This document shows positions 40,449 through 49,445 of a stretch of 64,000 bases of DNA, one piece after another. The translations under genes and the position numbers were made by a program. The DNA lies in the NCBI GenBank assembly GCA_035519555.1, contig DATIWG010000096.1, positions 18,794-82,793 of the forward strand, read 5' to 3'. How positions within the stretch are numbered: the stretch's first letter is position 1; the number at the start of each line of letters is the position of its first letter. The DNA comes from Nitrosotalea sp. GTDB lineage: Bacteria; Methylomirabilota; Methylomirabilia; Rokubacteriales; CSP1-6. The notes below the pieces were generated by a model that saw nothing but the letters and a program-made list of their open reading frames with translations, did no database searches and was not told the DNA's origin.

Positions 40449-41251
40449 GACCTCATGTCGCGGCATCTGTCGCCACCTTCTTCCTGCTAGGAGCCTGCAC
40501 GACCATGGCACCAATCTCCCCGGCTGTCCGCTCCGACTTCGCCCCGACCGGCAAGATGCGGGTCGGCATCAACCACGGCAATCTCGTCCTCGCCCAGAAG
40601 AACCCGACGACCGGCGAGGTGAAGGGCGTGGCGGTGGACCTGGCTCACGAGCTGGGCCGCCGGCTTGACGTGCCGGTCGAGCTGGTCCAGTACTCCTCGG
40701 CCGGGCAGATGACCGACGCGCTGGCTTCCGGCGCGTGGGACGTGGCCTTCCTCGCCCGCGAGGCGGGACGGGCCGGCGAGATCGGCTTCACCGCCCCGCA
40801 CCTGCTGATCGAGGGCACCTACCTGGTGCCCGCCGGCTCCTCCGACACCCGCGTGGCCGACATCGACCGCAAGGGGATGCGCATCGCGGTCTCCGAGAAG
40901 AGCGCCTACGATCACTTCCTGAGCCGCAACATCAAGAATGCCACGCTGGTCCGTGGTGCCGGCAACAGCGCCGGGCTCGGCCTCCTGCAGGCGGGAAAGG
41001 CCGACGTGATCGCGGGCGTGCGGCAGCTGCTCCTGATGGATCAGGCCAAGCTGCCCGGCTCGCGGGTACTCGAGGACCGCTTCATGGTGATCGAGCAGGC
41101 CATGGGCCTGCCCCGGGGGCGCGACGCGGGCCTCGCCTACGCCAAGGCGTTCATCGAGGAGATGAAGGCGTCCGGATTCGTGGCCCGGTCACTGGAGAAG
41201 TCCGGCGTGCGCGGCGTGCCGGTGGCGCCGGCCGAGCCGGCCGGAGCCTAG
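40436..41251 (+). CDS. solute-binding lipoprotein (family 3, amino-acid ABC-type)
   Basis: GTG 40436 gives VRDLRPHVAASVATFFLLGAC with a lipobox. The body (MRVGINHGNLVLAQ...GVAVDLAHELGRRLDVPVELVQY) resembles polar amino-acid SBPs. No permease or ATPase gene is adjacent. Confidence 0.7.
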   Translation: MRDLRPHVAASVATFFLLGACTTMAPISPAVRSDFAPTGKMRVGINHGNLVLAQKNPTTGEVKGVAVDLAHELGRRLDVPVELVQYSSAGQMTDALASGAWDVAFLAREAGRAGEIGFTAPHLLIEGTYLVPAGSSDTRVADIDRKGMRIAVSEKSAYDHFLSRNIKNATLVRGAGNSAGLGLLQAGKADVIAGVRQLLLMDQAKLPGSRVLEDRFMVIEQAMGLPRGRDAGLAYAKAFIEEMKASGFVARSLEKSGVRGVPVAPAEPAGA

Positions 41252-41265
41252 CGCACTCGCGCTAG
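41248..41265. terminator. short hairpin formed by the two convergent stop codons
   Basis: CTAGCGC-ACTC-GCGCTAG. The 7-bp stem contains the SBP TAG and the cupin TAG. Confidence 0.25.
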
Positions 41266-41627
41266 GTCAGGGGCACGATCGCGTAGAAGCGGGGGCGGGC
41301 ACCGATCGAGCGGGTGACGTGACCCTGGCCGGTGAGATCCTCGGCCAGCAGCACGTCGCCGGGTCCCACGCGCACCACGGTGCCGTCGCCGACCTGGATC
41401 TCCGCCTCGCCCGCGAGCGTGATCGAGTACTGCCGGCGCGGCGCGCAGTGCCAGTCGAGCACGTAGCCGGGCGGCGAGACCCGGAACACGATGCCGGCGG
41501 CGGCCTGCAGCGTGGTGCCCTCCCCGTGGGCGCCCTCGGTATCCGTGAACGGCTTCATGGCCAGCGGCACTTCCTCGACGTGGGATTGCCCGTCGGCACC
41601 ACTGTAAACCCGCCAGATCTTCGGCAT
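41262..41627 (-). CDS. cupin-domain protein
   Basis: 121 aa. Beta-barrel pattern ...VLDWHCAPRRQYSITLAGEAEIQVGDGTVVRVGPGDVLLAED. SD GGGGAG before ATG 41627. Confidence 0.65.
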   Translation of the reverse strand: MPKIWRVYSGADGQSHVEEVPLAMKPFTDTEGAHGEGTTLQAAAGIVFRVSPPGYVLDWHCAPRRQYSITLAGEAEIQVGDGTVVRVGPGDVLLAEDLTGQGHVTRSIGARPRFYAIVPLT

Positions 41628-41641
41628 ATGCTCCCCTTCGC

Positions 41642-42379
41642 TCAGAAGCGCACGCGCCGCATGACAACCCGCGGCAGCGCGCGGATGACCAGCATGATCC
41701 ACCGCCACACGGGCGGCGCGTAGACGACGTGGCGGCCCGCGTCCATGGCCGCGACCACGTCGCGCGCCACCGCATCCGGCTCGCCCGCGAAGGGAGGCAC
41801 CGGCAGCCCCGCCGTCATCGCGGTCTTCACGAAGCCGGGCTTGACGCAGAGTACGCGCACGCCGCGGTCGCGATAGGCGAGATCCAGCCCGTCGAGAAAG
41901 ACGGACAGCCCGGCCTTCGACGCGCCGTAGAGATAGTTGCTCCGCCGCGCGCGGTCGCCCGCCACGCTGCTGAAGGCGCAGATCAGTCCGCCGCCCCGCG
42001 CGGCGAGCCGGTCGGCCGCCTGCTGGCACAGGAGCACGGTGCCGGTGAAGTTGGCGTGCAGCAGGGCGCCGAGGCGCGCGAGATCCGCCGCGAGCTCGTC
42101 CTGCCCCGCGAACAGCCCGCCCGTCACCACGAGCGCATCGATCCGCGAGAGCGCGCGATCGGCCGCATCGAGGGCCTCGCCGAAGCCGTCGGGGCGCGAG
42201 AGGTCGAGCGAGGCCTGGCCCACCGGCACGGGCGCGCCGCGCGCCTCGAGATCCCGCGCGGAGAGCTGCATCTCGTCCGCGTCGCGGCCGAGCAAGAAGA
42301 TCGCGTCGCCGCGCTCGGCGAGGCGGCGGGCGAGGGCGCGGCCCATGCCGCGGGTCGCGCCCACGAACGCCACCTTCAC
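41642..42379 (-). CDS. dprE2: short-chain dehydrogenase, DprE2-like (decaprenylphospho-2'-keto-ribose reductase family)
   Basis: GATRGMGRALARRL, YGASKAG, and a hydrophobic C-terminus. GTG 42379 overlaps the upstream stop (GTGA). The assignment rests on SDR motifs plus operon context. Confidence 0.65.
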   Translation of the reverse strand: MKVAFVGATRGMGRALARRLAERGDAIFLLGRDADEMQLSARDLEARGAPVPVGQASLDLSRPDGFGEALDAADRALSRIDALVVTGGLFAGQDELAADLARLGALLHANFTGTVLLCQQAADRLAARGGGLICAFSSVAGDRARRSNYLYGASKAGLSVFLDGLDLAYRDRGVRVLCVKPGFVKTAMTAGLPVPPFAGEPDAVARDVVAAMDAGRHVVYAPPVWRWIMLVIRALPRVVMRRVRF

Positions 42380-43734
42380 ACGGGATCTCCGAAGAGGCGC
42401 ACCGAGAGAGCGGAGCGGAAGCGCCGGCCCGGATCCCAGCGGTCGCGGACCGCCCGCCACTCCGGTAGGCGCGGCATCATGCGGGCGAAATCCCCGGCCC
42501 GCGTCACCGCGTCCTTGGCCAGGTACACACGGCCGCCGTGATCGATCACGATGGCGTTCATGTCGTGGAGCAGCGCCTCGGTGACCGCGCCCCGGTACGG
42601 TAGGTCCAGCGCCAGCGTGATGCCCTCCAGCGGGAAGGACAGGTACGCGTCGGAGGCGGGGCCGCAGTCCTTGATCACGGCGAGGAAGGACGCGGCGCCC
42701 GCCGCCGCGAGCCGCTCGAGCAGCGCGGTCACCGGGGCCGGACCCGCCGCGTGGGGCACCACGCACTGGTACTGGAGGAAGCCGCGACGGCCGTACAGGC
42801 GATTCCACTGAGAGACCGCGTCGAGCGGGTAGAAGAAGGCGTCGTAGGAGACGATGCGGCGCCTCAGCGTCCGGCCGTGGCTCCAGGCGTAGAGCCGGTT
42901 GAACCAGCGCATGAACAGCGGGTTCAGCAGCCACTCCGGCGCGTCGAACGGCACGCGCAGCCGGGGCGCGCGCCGGACCCGACGGGTCCCCGCCTCGACC
43001 TGGGTGGCGTGACGGCCCCGCATGAGGATGCCACGTCCGACGTCGCGCCCCTGCGCGAGGCAGTCGATCCAGCCCACCGTGTAGGGCCAGTGGGCCGCGC
43101 TGAGTCGCAGGCCCTCCAGCATCGACTCGAGGCTCCCCATCCCCTGGGTCTCGAGCACGATCCACGGCGTCTCCACCCGGCGCAGCCGCAGCGTGACCTC
43201 CACGATCAGGCCGGTGAGCCCCATGCCGCCGACGGTGGCCAGGAACAGCTCGCGCTCGCGGTCGGGTCCGCACTCCACGAGACGGCCGTCGGCGGTGAGC
43301 AGCACGATGCGATCGACGAAGCTGCCGAAAGAGCCGTCGCGGTGATGGTTCTTGCCGTGCACGTCGCAGGCCACGCACGCGCCGACCGTGACGAACTTGG
43401 TGCCCGGCGTCACCGGCGGGAACCACCCGCGCGGCACGAACACCCGCAGGATCTCGGCGAGGCTCAGGCCGGCCTCGCAGCGCAGGCGGCCGGTGACCGG
43501 ATCGAAGTCGCGGATCCGATCGGCGCGCGTGGTCTCCAGCACGTGGCCACCCGGCGCCGCGGGCACCGCCGCGTCTCCGTAGGCGCGCCCGAGCCCGCGG
43601 GGCACGAGGGGCTCGACGCCCGCGCGCAGGGCCAGGTGCTCCGGTCGCTCCACCCGCCCGGGCACGATCGGGTGGCGGCCCCATCCCGCGACCGGCTCCA
43701 GCGCCGCCGACGCGGCCGGAATCAGTCGAGCCAT
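42376..43734 (-). CDS. dprE1: FAD-binding oxidoreductase, DprE1-like (decaprenylphosphoryl-beta-D-ribose 2'-oxidase family)
   Basis: Collinear with my recollection of M. tuberculosis DprE1: GLGRAYGD, TVGACVACDVHGKNHHRDGSFG, LLTADG, ATVGGMGLTGLI, FYPLD...WNRLYGRRGFLQYQCVVP, GGRVYLAKD. Confidence 0.8.
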   Translation of the reverse strand: MARLIPAASAALEPVAGWGRHPIVPGRVERPEHLALRAGVEPLVPRGLGRAYGDAAVPAAPGGHVLETTRADRIRDFDPVTGRLRCEAGLSLAEILRVFVPRGWFPPVTPGTKFVTVGACVACDVHGKNHHRDGSFGSFVDRIVLLTADGRLVECGPDRERELFLATVGGMGLTGLIVEVTLRLRRVETPWIVLETQGMGSLESMLEGLRLSAAHWPYTVGWIDCLAQGRDVGRGILMRGRHATQVEAGTRRVRRAPRLRVPFDAPEWLLNPLFMRWFNRLYAWSHGRTLRRRIVSYDAFFYPLDAVSQWNRLYGRRGFLQYQCVVPHAAGPAPVTALLERLAAAGAASFLAVIKDCGPASDAYLSFPLEGITLALDLPYRGAVTEALLHDMNAIVIDHGGRVYLAKDAVTRAGDFARMMPRLPEWRAVRDRWDPGRRFRSALSVRLFGDPV

Positions 43735-44633
43735 CGGGTCAGCCACACCGGGCCCCACACCGGACCGTAGATGATCACGAGGAGCGCGACCATCCAGAGC
43801 GCGGTGTTCAGCAGCAGGGCGCGATCGTTGAGCAGGAGGTCGGACGGGTTGCCGCCCAGCTCACGCCGGTAGAGCAGGTACAGGTAGCGGAAGACGCCGT
43901 AGAGCACGAACGGCAGGGTCACCGGCAGCCAGCGCGTGTGGAACTTGGCCACCGTCTCGGGCGACATGGTGTAGAGCGCGTAGGCGGTGACGGTGGAGGC
44001 GGTTACCACCGCCACCATCTGGTCGAGAAAGCTCTCGCTGTACTCGGCGAGGATGGGCCGGTGCGCGGCCGCGTCGCCCTTCAAGGTCCGATACTCGTGG
44101 CGCCGCTTCCCCAGGGCCAGGAACAGCGCCACGAGAATCGTGCAGATCACGAGCCAGCCCGAGATCTCGACTGCGATGGCGGCCGCGCCCGCCACCGCGC
44201 GCAGCACGAAGCCCGCGGCCACCGTGAGCACGTCGAGGATCACCAGGTGCTTGAGCCAGACCGAGTAGGCGGTGAGGAGCGCGGCGTATGCGGTGGCCAC
44301 GAGACCGAAGCGCAGCGAGAGCGCGTACGCCGCCACGAGGCTGCCCAGCACCAGGACGACACCGAGGGCCAGTCCCGCGGGGACCGACAGCGCGCCGCTC
44401 GCAATCGGGCGCTTGCGCTTGACGGGGTGCAGCCGGTCCTTCTCGACGTCGGCCACGTCGTTGAAGACGTAGATCGCCCCGGACAGCGCGCAGAAGACGG
44501 CGAAGGCGGCCAGCGCGGGCCAGACCAGCGGGGTGAACAGGCTCTGCGAGAAGATGAGTCCGGCGAAGACGAAGAGGTTCTTGACCCACTGGCGAGGACG
44601 CAGGGAGAGGAGCACGGCCATCCCGAGGCTCAT
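43722..44633 (-). CDS. UbiA-family prenyl-phosphate phosphoribosyltransferase (Rv3806c/NoeC-like)
   Basis: Polytopic membrane protein with NDVADVEKDRLHPVKRKRPIASG, typical of decaprenyl-phosphate 5-phosphoribosyltransferases. Confidence 0.8.
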   Translation of the reverse strand: MSLGMAVLLSLRPRQWVKNLFVFAGLIFSQSLFTPLVWPALAAFAVFCALSGAIYVFNDVADVEKDRLHPVKRKRPIASGALSVPAGLALGVVLVLGSLVAAYALSLRFGLVATAYAALLTAYSVWLKHLVILDVLTVAAGFVLRAVAGAAAIAVEISGWLVICTILVALFLALGKRRHEYRTLKGDAAAHRPILAEYSESFLDQMVAVVTASTVTAYALYTMSPETVAKFHTRWLPVTLPFVLYGVFRYLYLLYRRELGGNPSDLLLNDRALLLNTALWMVALLVIIYGPVWGPVWLTRWLD

Positions 44634-44815
44634 GGCGCGGCGGCCTCGTCAGCGGCGCAGGTCAGACGCGCCCCTGAGTCCCGCCGAATCCGGCCCGCGC
44701 GAAGGCCACCGCCCGCGGCCGGCCCACGGAGCCCAGGCGGACCACGCCCACCGTCGCGGGGCGACGCTGCAGCCGCTCCTCGAGGCGCGCGCCGAGCACG
44801 CCCAGCGCGGTCATC

Positions 44816-45919
44816 TCACATCACCTCGGCGACGGCCCGCTTCACCGCCTCGACCACCTGATCGACCTCGCCGTCGGTGAGCTCGGGGAAGCACGGCAGG
44901 CTCAGCACCTCGGCCGCGGCCTGGGTGGCCACCGGGAACTCGCGATCCGCGTTCGGATACGAGAAGACGGGCTGGGCCGGAATCGTGCTCGGATAGTGGA
45001 TGGCGGTCCCGATCCCGAGGTTGCCGAGCGCGGCCGCGAGGGCGTCGCGCTTGCCCGACCGCACCGTGTACTGGTGATAGATGTGGCGCGCGGGCGGCCG
45101 CTCCACCGGCAGGCCGAGGGGTAGGCCGGCCAGCGCGTCCGTGTAGTGGCGGGCGATCGCGCGCCGTCGCGCGTTCCACTCGGGGAGACGTCGCGCCTTC
45201 ACGCGCAGCAGCGCGGCCTGCAGCTCGTCGAGGCGGCTCGAGCCGCCCAGCTCGACGTGGGTGTAGCGGCGCGGCTGCCCGTGATCGCGGAGCAACCGCA
45301 CGCGGTCGGCCACGTCGTCGCGGGTGGTCAGCACCATCCCGGCGTCGCCGCAGGCGCCCAGGTTCTTGGTCGGATAGAACGACAGGATCGCCGCGTCGCC
45401 CCACTCGGCCACCGGCCGGCCCGCGTAGGAGGCGCCCACCGCCTGCGCGGCGTCGGCCACGACGGCCAGCCCGCGCACGCGGGCCAGCTCGCACAGGGTG
45501 TCCATGGCCGCGGTCTGGCCGTAGAGGTGCACCGGCACGATGGCGCGCGTCCGCGCGCTGATCGCCTGCTCCACTCGGGCCGGATCGACATTGAACGTGA
45601 CGGGGTCGATGTCCACGAAGACCGGAGTGGCCCCCGCCATGAGGATGGTGGTCCCCGACGCCACGAAGGAGAACGCAGAGGTGATCACCTCGTCGCCCGG
45701 CTTGACCCCGACCGCCTTGAGCGCGATCAGCAGCGCGTCGGTCCCGGAGCCGGTCCCCAGCCCGTGCCGCGCGCCGCACACCGCGGCCAGCTCGCGCTCG
45801 AGGGTCTGGCCCTCCGGGCCCAGGATGAAGCGGCAGGAGTCGATGACGCGCGCGGCCGCGTCCATCAGCTCGGAGCGCAGAGCTTCGTGCTGCCGCTTGA
45901 GATCGATCTGCGGGATCAT
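44816..45919 (-). CDS. DegT/DnrJ/EryC1/StrS-family PLP-dependent sugar aminotransferase
   Basis: MIPQIDLKRQH..., GTDALLIALKA, and PLP lysine context SFYPTKNLGA. It is the last 367 codons of ORF 44816-47068. Confidence 0.85.
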   Translation of the reverse strand: MIPQIDLKRQHEALRSELMDAAARVIDSCRFILGPEGQTLERELAAVCGARHGLGTGSGTDALLIALKAVGVKPGDEVITSAFSFVASGTTILMAGATPVFVDIDPVTFNVDPARVEQAISARTRAIVPVHLYGQTAAMDTLCELARVRGLAVVADAAQAVGASYAGRPVAEWGDAAILSFYPTKNLGACGDAGMVLTTRDDVADRVRLLRDHGQPRRYTHVELGGSSRLDELQAALLRVKARRLPEWNARRRAIARHYTDALAGLPLGLPVERPPARHIYHQYTVRSGKRDALAAALGNLGIGTAIHYPSTIPAQPVFSYPNADREFPVATQAAAEVLSLPCFPELTDGEVDQVVEAVKRAVAEVM

Positions 45920-48144
45920 CAGAAGCCCGTGCGCGCCGAGGTGCCCAACTGGCCCAACCCCAGGAGGTTGATGGAGATCCGGAAATCGTTCTCGTCGTTG
46001 TGCCGCCGCACGTATTCCGCCGTGATGGCCCAGCAGCTGAAGCGCCAGTTGATGCCGACTCTGTTCTCGATGGCATCCCCCGACAGCACGTCCCAGGAGG
46101 AGGCTCCGCGGACGTCGACGTTGTTCAGCAACTGCACCCACGTCTCCGCGCGCAGGTAACGGGTGTTGCCCTGCTCGTTGAACCGCGGGCCCACCGCGAT
46201 GACGAATCGCGGATAGTTCAGTCGGATGTCCGCGTTCACCTCTCGCCACCCGAGGTTGTACACATTGTACCGGGCATCGGCGTGGAAGCCGATCCTTTCG
46301 TTCGGCTTGATCGAAAGGTCGCCGTAGAGGTCCTTGAAGGGCTCGCTGTTCGGATTCATGTTGAACGTCTGGCTCAGGATGAAACGCGCCACCTCCCACC
46401 GGATCGGCTGCTCGTTGGCCCCGGACACCGTCTTGGCGTTCAGGCTGTTGGTGAGGTAGTAGGTGATCTCGTTGGCCTTCCCGAGCTGGTCGATGCCGGT
46501 GCGCCGCTCGTAGCCGGGGTCGACCCCGGTGGCGGTGCTGAACCCCGGGTCGTAGACCGGGTAGGCCTTCTGGTCGAAACCGCGGATCTCGATGATCTTC
46601 ATTCGCGGCTCGATGACGTGCTGGTAGGCGGCCACGCTTCCGCTGCCGTCGGTGGTGAAGACGCGGGAGATGCGGCTCTCGGCCTCGACCCCCCATTCCA
46701 CCTGGCGCCGGACCCGCGAATCGCTGACGGAGTCCTCCACCGTCTGCCCGCTCGCGATCGAGACGTGCTCGCCGACAAGGCGCTGATCGTAGTAGGTGAG
46801 CCGCCCGCCTCCGAAGGGGGTGACCGTGAAGAAGCCCCCCACCGGGATCGGCATCAGGAGGCGCGGGTGCAGGTCGGCCCGGACCCCTTCGGGGCCGAGA
46901 TAGCGGAAGAAGTTGACGAAGCTCGCGTTGGCCTCGTAGAGCACGCCGGGAAGGCCGGGGAGCGGCTGACGGATGCCCGTGAGCTGGATGTCGGGGATGC
47001 GCTGGAGCTCGACCGGCGCGCCAGTGGTCAAATCCTGGTACCACTTGACGTTGCCGACCAGGCTCCACGCGTCCCAGCGCTGGGTCAAGAAGACGTTGGT
47101 CTCGGCCCGCTGGTTGGCGCGGTCGACGAGCCGGCTACCGTAGTCGCGGAAGATCAGGTCGTCGCTGGTGACGTTGGCGTTGACCTTGAAGGACAGCTGT
47201 GGGTTGATCTGCCATTCGTGCCGGAGCGTCGCCCATCCCCGGTTCTCGGGGATCTTCGGGTCGCCGCCGCGCAGGAACTCGTTCACCCCGAAGCCGGCCG
47301 CCTCGCCGCGCTGCTCGCGGGAGATGACGTAGCGGTAGTCGAGATCGAGGCCGATCCCGCGCCTCGTGAAGGTGTCGAGCGTCGCCGTGAGATCCTGGCT
47401 ATCGTCGATCGCCCAGTAGTACGGGATGCGGGTGAAGAAGCCCTTGCGCGAGGACTGGCCGTATTCGGGAAACAGGAAGCCCGATTGCCGCTCGCGGCGC
47501 AGCGCGGCCGCGAAGAAGGGCACCCACGGCAGCACGGGCACGCTCTTGACCCAGAACGAGGCGTTCTGCCCGTACACGATGTCGTCGAGATCGACGGTGC
47601 CCGAGCCGAAGCGGAAGGACCAGGGCGGGTCCTCGCCCTCACAGGTCGTGAAGACGCCATGGCGCATCTCGTAGACGCTGTCGCCGGTGCGATCCATCCG
47701 CTCCGCGGATAGGTGATAGTACGGCGCCGTCACCGCGGAGCCGTTGTAGACGACGCCGGTGCCGGTCTTGAGGTTGAAGTCGACCCGGTCGCCGACGAGC
47801 CGATCGGGACCATCGTAGAAGACCACCTTGCCCTGAGCGACCGCCTGGCCGGTGTCGCGGTTCAGCTCCACGCGGTCGGCGAGCAGCCGGCTCTGGCCCC
47901 GCGTGATCTCCACGTTGCCCACCGCGATGAGCAGATCGGACGAGCCACCCACCTGCTGGAGCTGATCGGCCACCACGGTGGCCTCCTCGCCTCCGGCGCG
48001 GACGGTGACCCCGCCCGACTGCGCCCACGCCGGCGGGGCGATGAGCCACCCCGTCACCACCACCGCCGCGAGTAAGACCGATCGAGGGAGGTGTGGGCGC
48101 TCCCTACAGCCGCGTATCGAGCGAACCGGAGGCCAGGGCGGCAT
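45919..48144 (-). CDS. lptD: LPS-assembly outer-membrane protein LptD
   Basis: Signal peptide, OstA-like N-domain (ADQLQ...GNVEITRGQSRLLADRVELNRDTGQAVAQGKVVFYD), FTTCEGEDPPWSF, and a large beta-barrel. ATG 48144. Confidence 0.85.
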   Translation of the reverse strand: MPPWPPVRSIRGCRERPHLPRSVLLAAVVVTGWLIAPPAWAQSGGVTVRAGGEEATVVADQLQQVGGSSDLLIAVGNVEITRGQSRLLADRVELNRDTGQAVAQGKVVFYDGPDRLVGDRVDFNLKTGTGVVYNGSAVTAPYYHLSAERMDRTGDSVYEMRHGVFTTCEGEDPPWSFRFGSGTVDLDDIVYGQNASFWVKSVPVLPWVPFFAAALRRERQSGFLFPEYGQSSRKGFFTRIPYYWAIDDSQDLTATLDTFTRRGIGLDLDYRYVISREQRGEAAGFGVNEFLRGGDPKIPENRGWATLRHEWQINPQLSFKVNANVTSDDLIFRDYGSRLVDRANQRAETNVFLTQRWDAWSLVGNVKWYQDLTTGAPVELQRIPDIQLTGIRQPLPGLPGVLYEANASFVNFFRYLGPEGVRADLHPRLLMPIPVGGFFTVTPFGGGRLTYYDQRLVGEHVSIASGQTVEDSVSDSRVRRQVEWGVEAESRISRVFTTDGSGSVAAYQHVIEPRMKIIEIRGFDQKAYPVYDPGFSTATGVDPGYERRTGIDQLGKANEITYYLTNSLNAKTVSGANEQPIRWEVARFILSQTFNMNPNSEPFKDLYGDLSIKPNERIGFHADARYNVYNLGWREVNADIRLNYPRFVIAVGPRFNEQGNTRYLRAETWVQLLNNVDVRGASSWDVLSGDAIENRVGINWRFSCWAITAEYVRRHNDENDFRISINLLGLGQLGTSARTGF

Positions 48145-48155
48145 GAGGCCCCATG

Positions 48156-49445
48156 CTAGCAGCGGGCCCCCGCCCTGAAAAGGACATCCTGTCCGTCGCC
48201 CGAGGCGGCCAGGACGTCCCCGATCAGGGAGAGCGAGCCCGCCACGCACACGAGCCCGTCGGGCTCCTCGGGCCGGGCCATCGCCAGCGCCTCCCGCGGC
48301 GAGCGGGCGATGTCCACGCGCATGCCGGGCAGCAGGGCCTGCAGCACCTCCGGCGCCGCGGCCCGTGGATTCGCGGCCGCGGTGAGTACGATGCGCGCGG
48401 CGAGGGGGCGCAGCGCGGCCAGGATTCCACCCGCGTCCTTGTCGGCGAGGATCCCGATCACGAACGTGACGGGGCGCCCCGGGAAGTAAGCCCGAAGCGA
48501 CGCGGCGAGCGCACGGGCCCCCGCCGGGTTGTGCGCGCCGTCGAGGATGGTGAGCGGATCGCGGCGAAAGATCTGGAAGCGGCCCGGCCACCGGGCGCCG
48601 CCGAGGCCCGCCCGGATGGCGGGCTCCCCCGCATCGAGCGCGCGCGCCGCCGCCGCCGCGAGCAGCGCGTTGCCGGGCTGGTAGACGCCCAGCAGGGCGC
48701 AGGCGACGTCGGACATGCGCCAGCCGGGCCCGGCCAGATCGAGCCGCTGCGCCTCCAGCGAGAAGCCGAGCGGGGTGACGTGCAGCTCCCGGCCCTCGCG
48801 CAGGAGCGGGACGCCCACGAGGGCGGCGCGACGCTCGAGCACCGCCTCCGCCTCGGGATCCTGCCGGGCCGAGAAGGCCACCCCGCCGCGGATGATAGCG
48901 GCCTTCTCGGCCGCGATCAGGGTCAGGGTGTCACCGAGCTCGTGCTGGTGATCGTAGTCGATCGGCCCGATCACGGCGACGCGCGGCGTTCCCACCGAGG
49001 TCGCATCGAGCCGGCCGCCGAGGCCCACCTCCAGGACCGCGACGTCGACCCGCTCGCGGCAGAAGTGATCGAGCGCCAGTGCGGTGCCCGCCTCGAACAC
49101 GGTCGCGTCGAGCCGCGCGATCAAGGTGCCAAGCGCCTCGACCCCGTCCACGAAGTCAGCCTCCGAGATCGGCCGGCCGTCGACTCGAATGCGCTCGCGG
49201 TAGTGACGCAGGTGCGGAGAGGTGTAGAGGCCCACCCGGCGGCCGGAAGCCTGGAGGATGGCGGCCAGCATGGCCGAGATCGAACCCTTGCCGTTGGTGC
49301 CGGCCACCTGGGCGATCGTGAAGGACCGCTCGGGACGGCCGATCGCGTCGAGCAGCGCCTCGATGCGCTCGAGGCCGGGGCGCATGCCCGCCCGCTCCCC
49401 GCCGCGCAGCGCGAGGATGCGGTTCACGGCCTCGGCATACGTCAT
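48156..49445 (-). CDS. folC: bifunctional folylpolyglutamate synthase/dihydrofolate synthase
   Basis: P-loop VAGTNGKGS and a Mur-ligase fold throughout. Confidence 0.85.
   Translation of the reverse strand: MTYAEAVNRILALRGGERAGMRPGLERIEALLDAIGRPERSFTIAQVAGTNGKGSISAMLAAILQASGRRVGLYTSPHLRHYRERIRVDGRPISEADFVDGVEALGTLIARLDATVFEAGTALALDHFCRERVDVAVLEVGLGGRLDATSVGTPRVAVIGPIDYDHQHELGDTLTLIAAEKAAIIRGGVAFSARQDPEAEAVLERRAALVGVPLLREGRELHVTPLGFSLEAQRLDLAGPGWRMSDVACALLGVYQPGNALLAAAAARALDAGEPAIRAGLGGARWPGRFQIFRRDPLTILDGAHNPAGARALAASLRAYFPGRPVTFVIGILADKDAGGILAALRPLAARIVLTAAANPRAAAPEVLQALLPGMRVDIARSPREALAMARPEEPDGLVCVAGSLSLIGDVLAASGDGQDVLFRAGARC

Noticed and set aside
48151-48175. Possible fourth partial copy of the hairpin repeat (GGGCCCCCGCC) at the folC/lptD junction
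   Set aside because: Only one arm is present, it lies inside the folC C-terminal codons, and there is no partner arm or flanking similarity. This is probably chance in GC-rich sequence.
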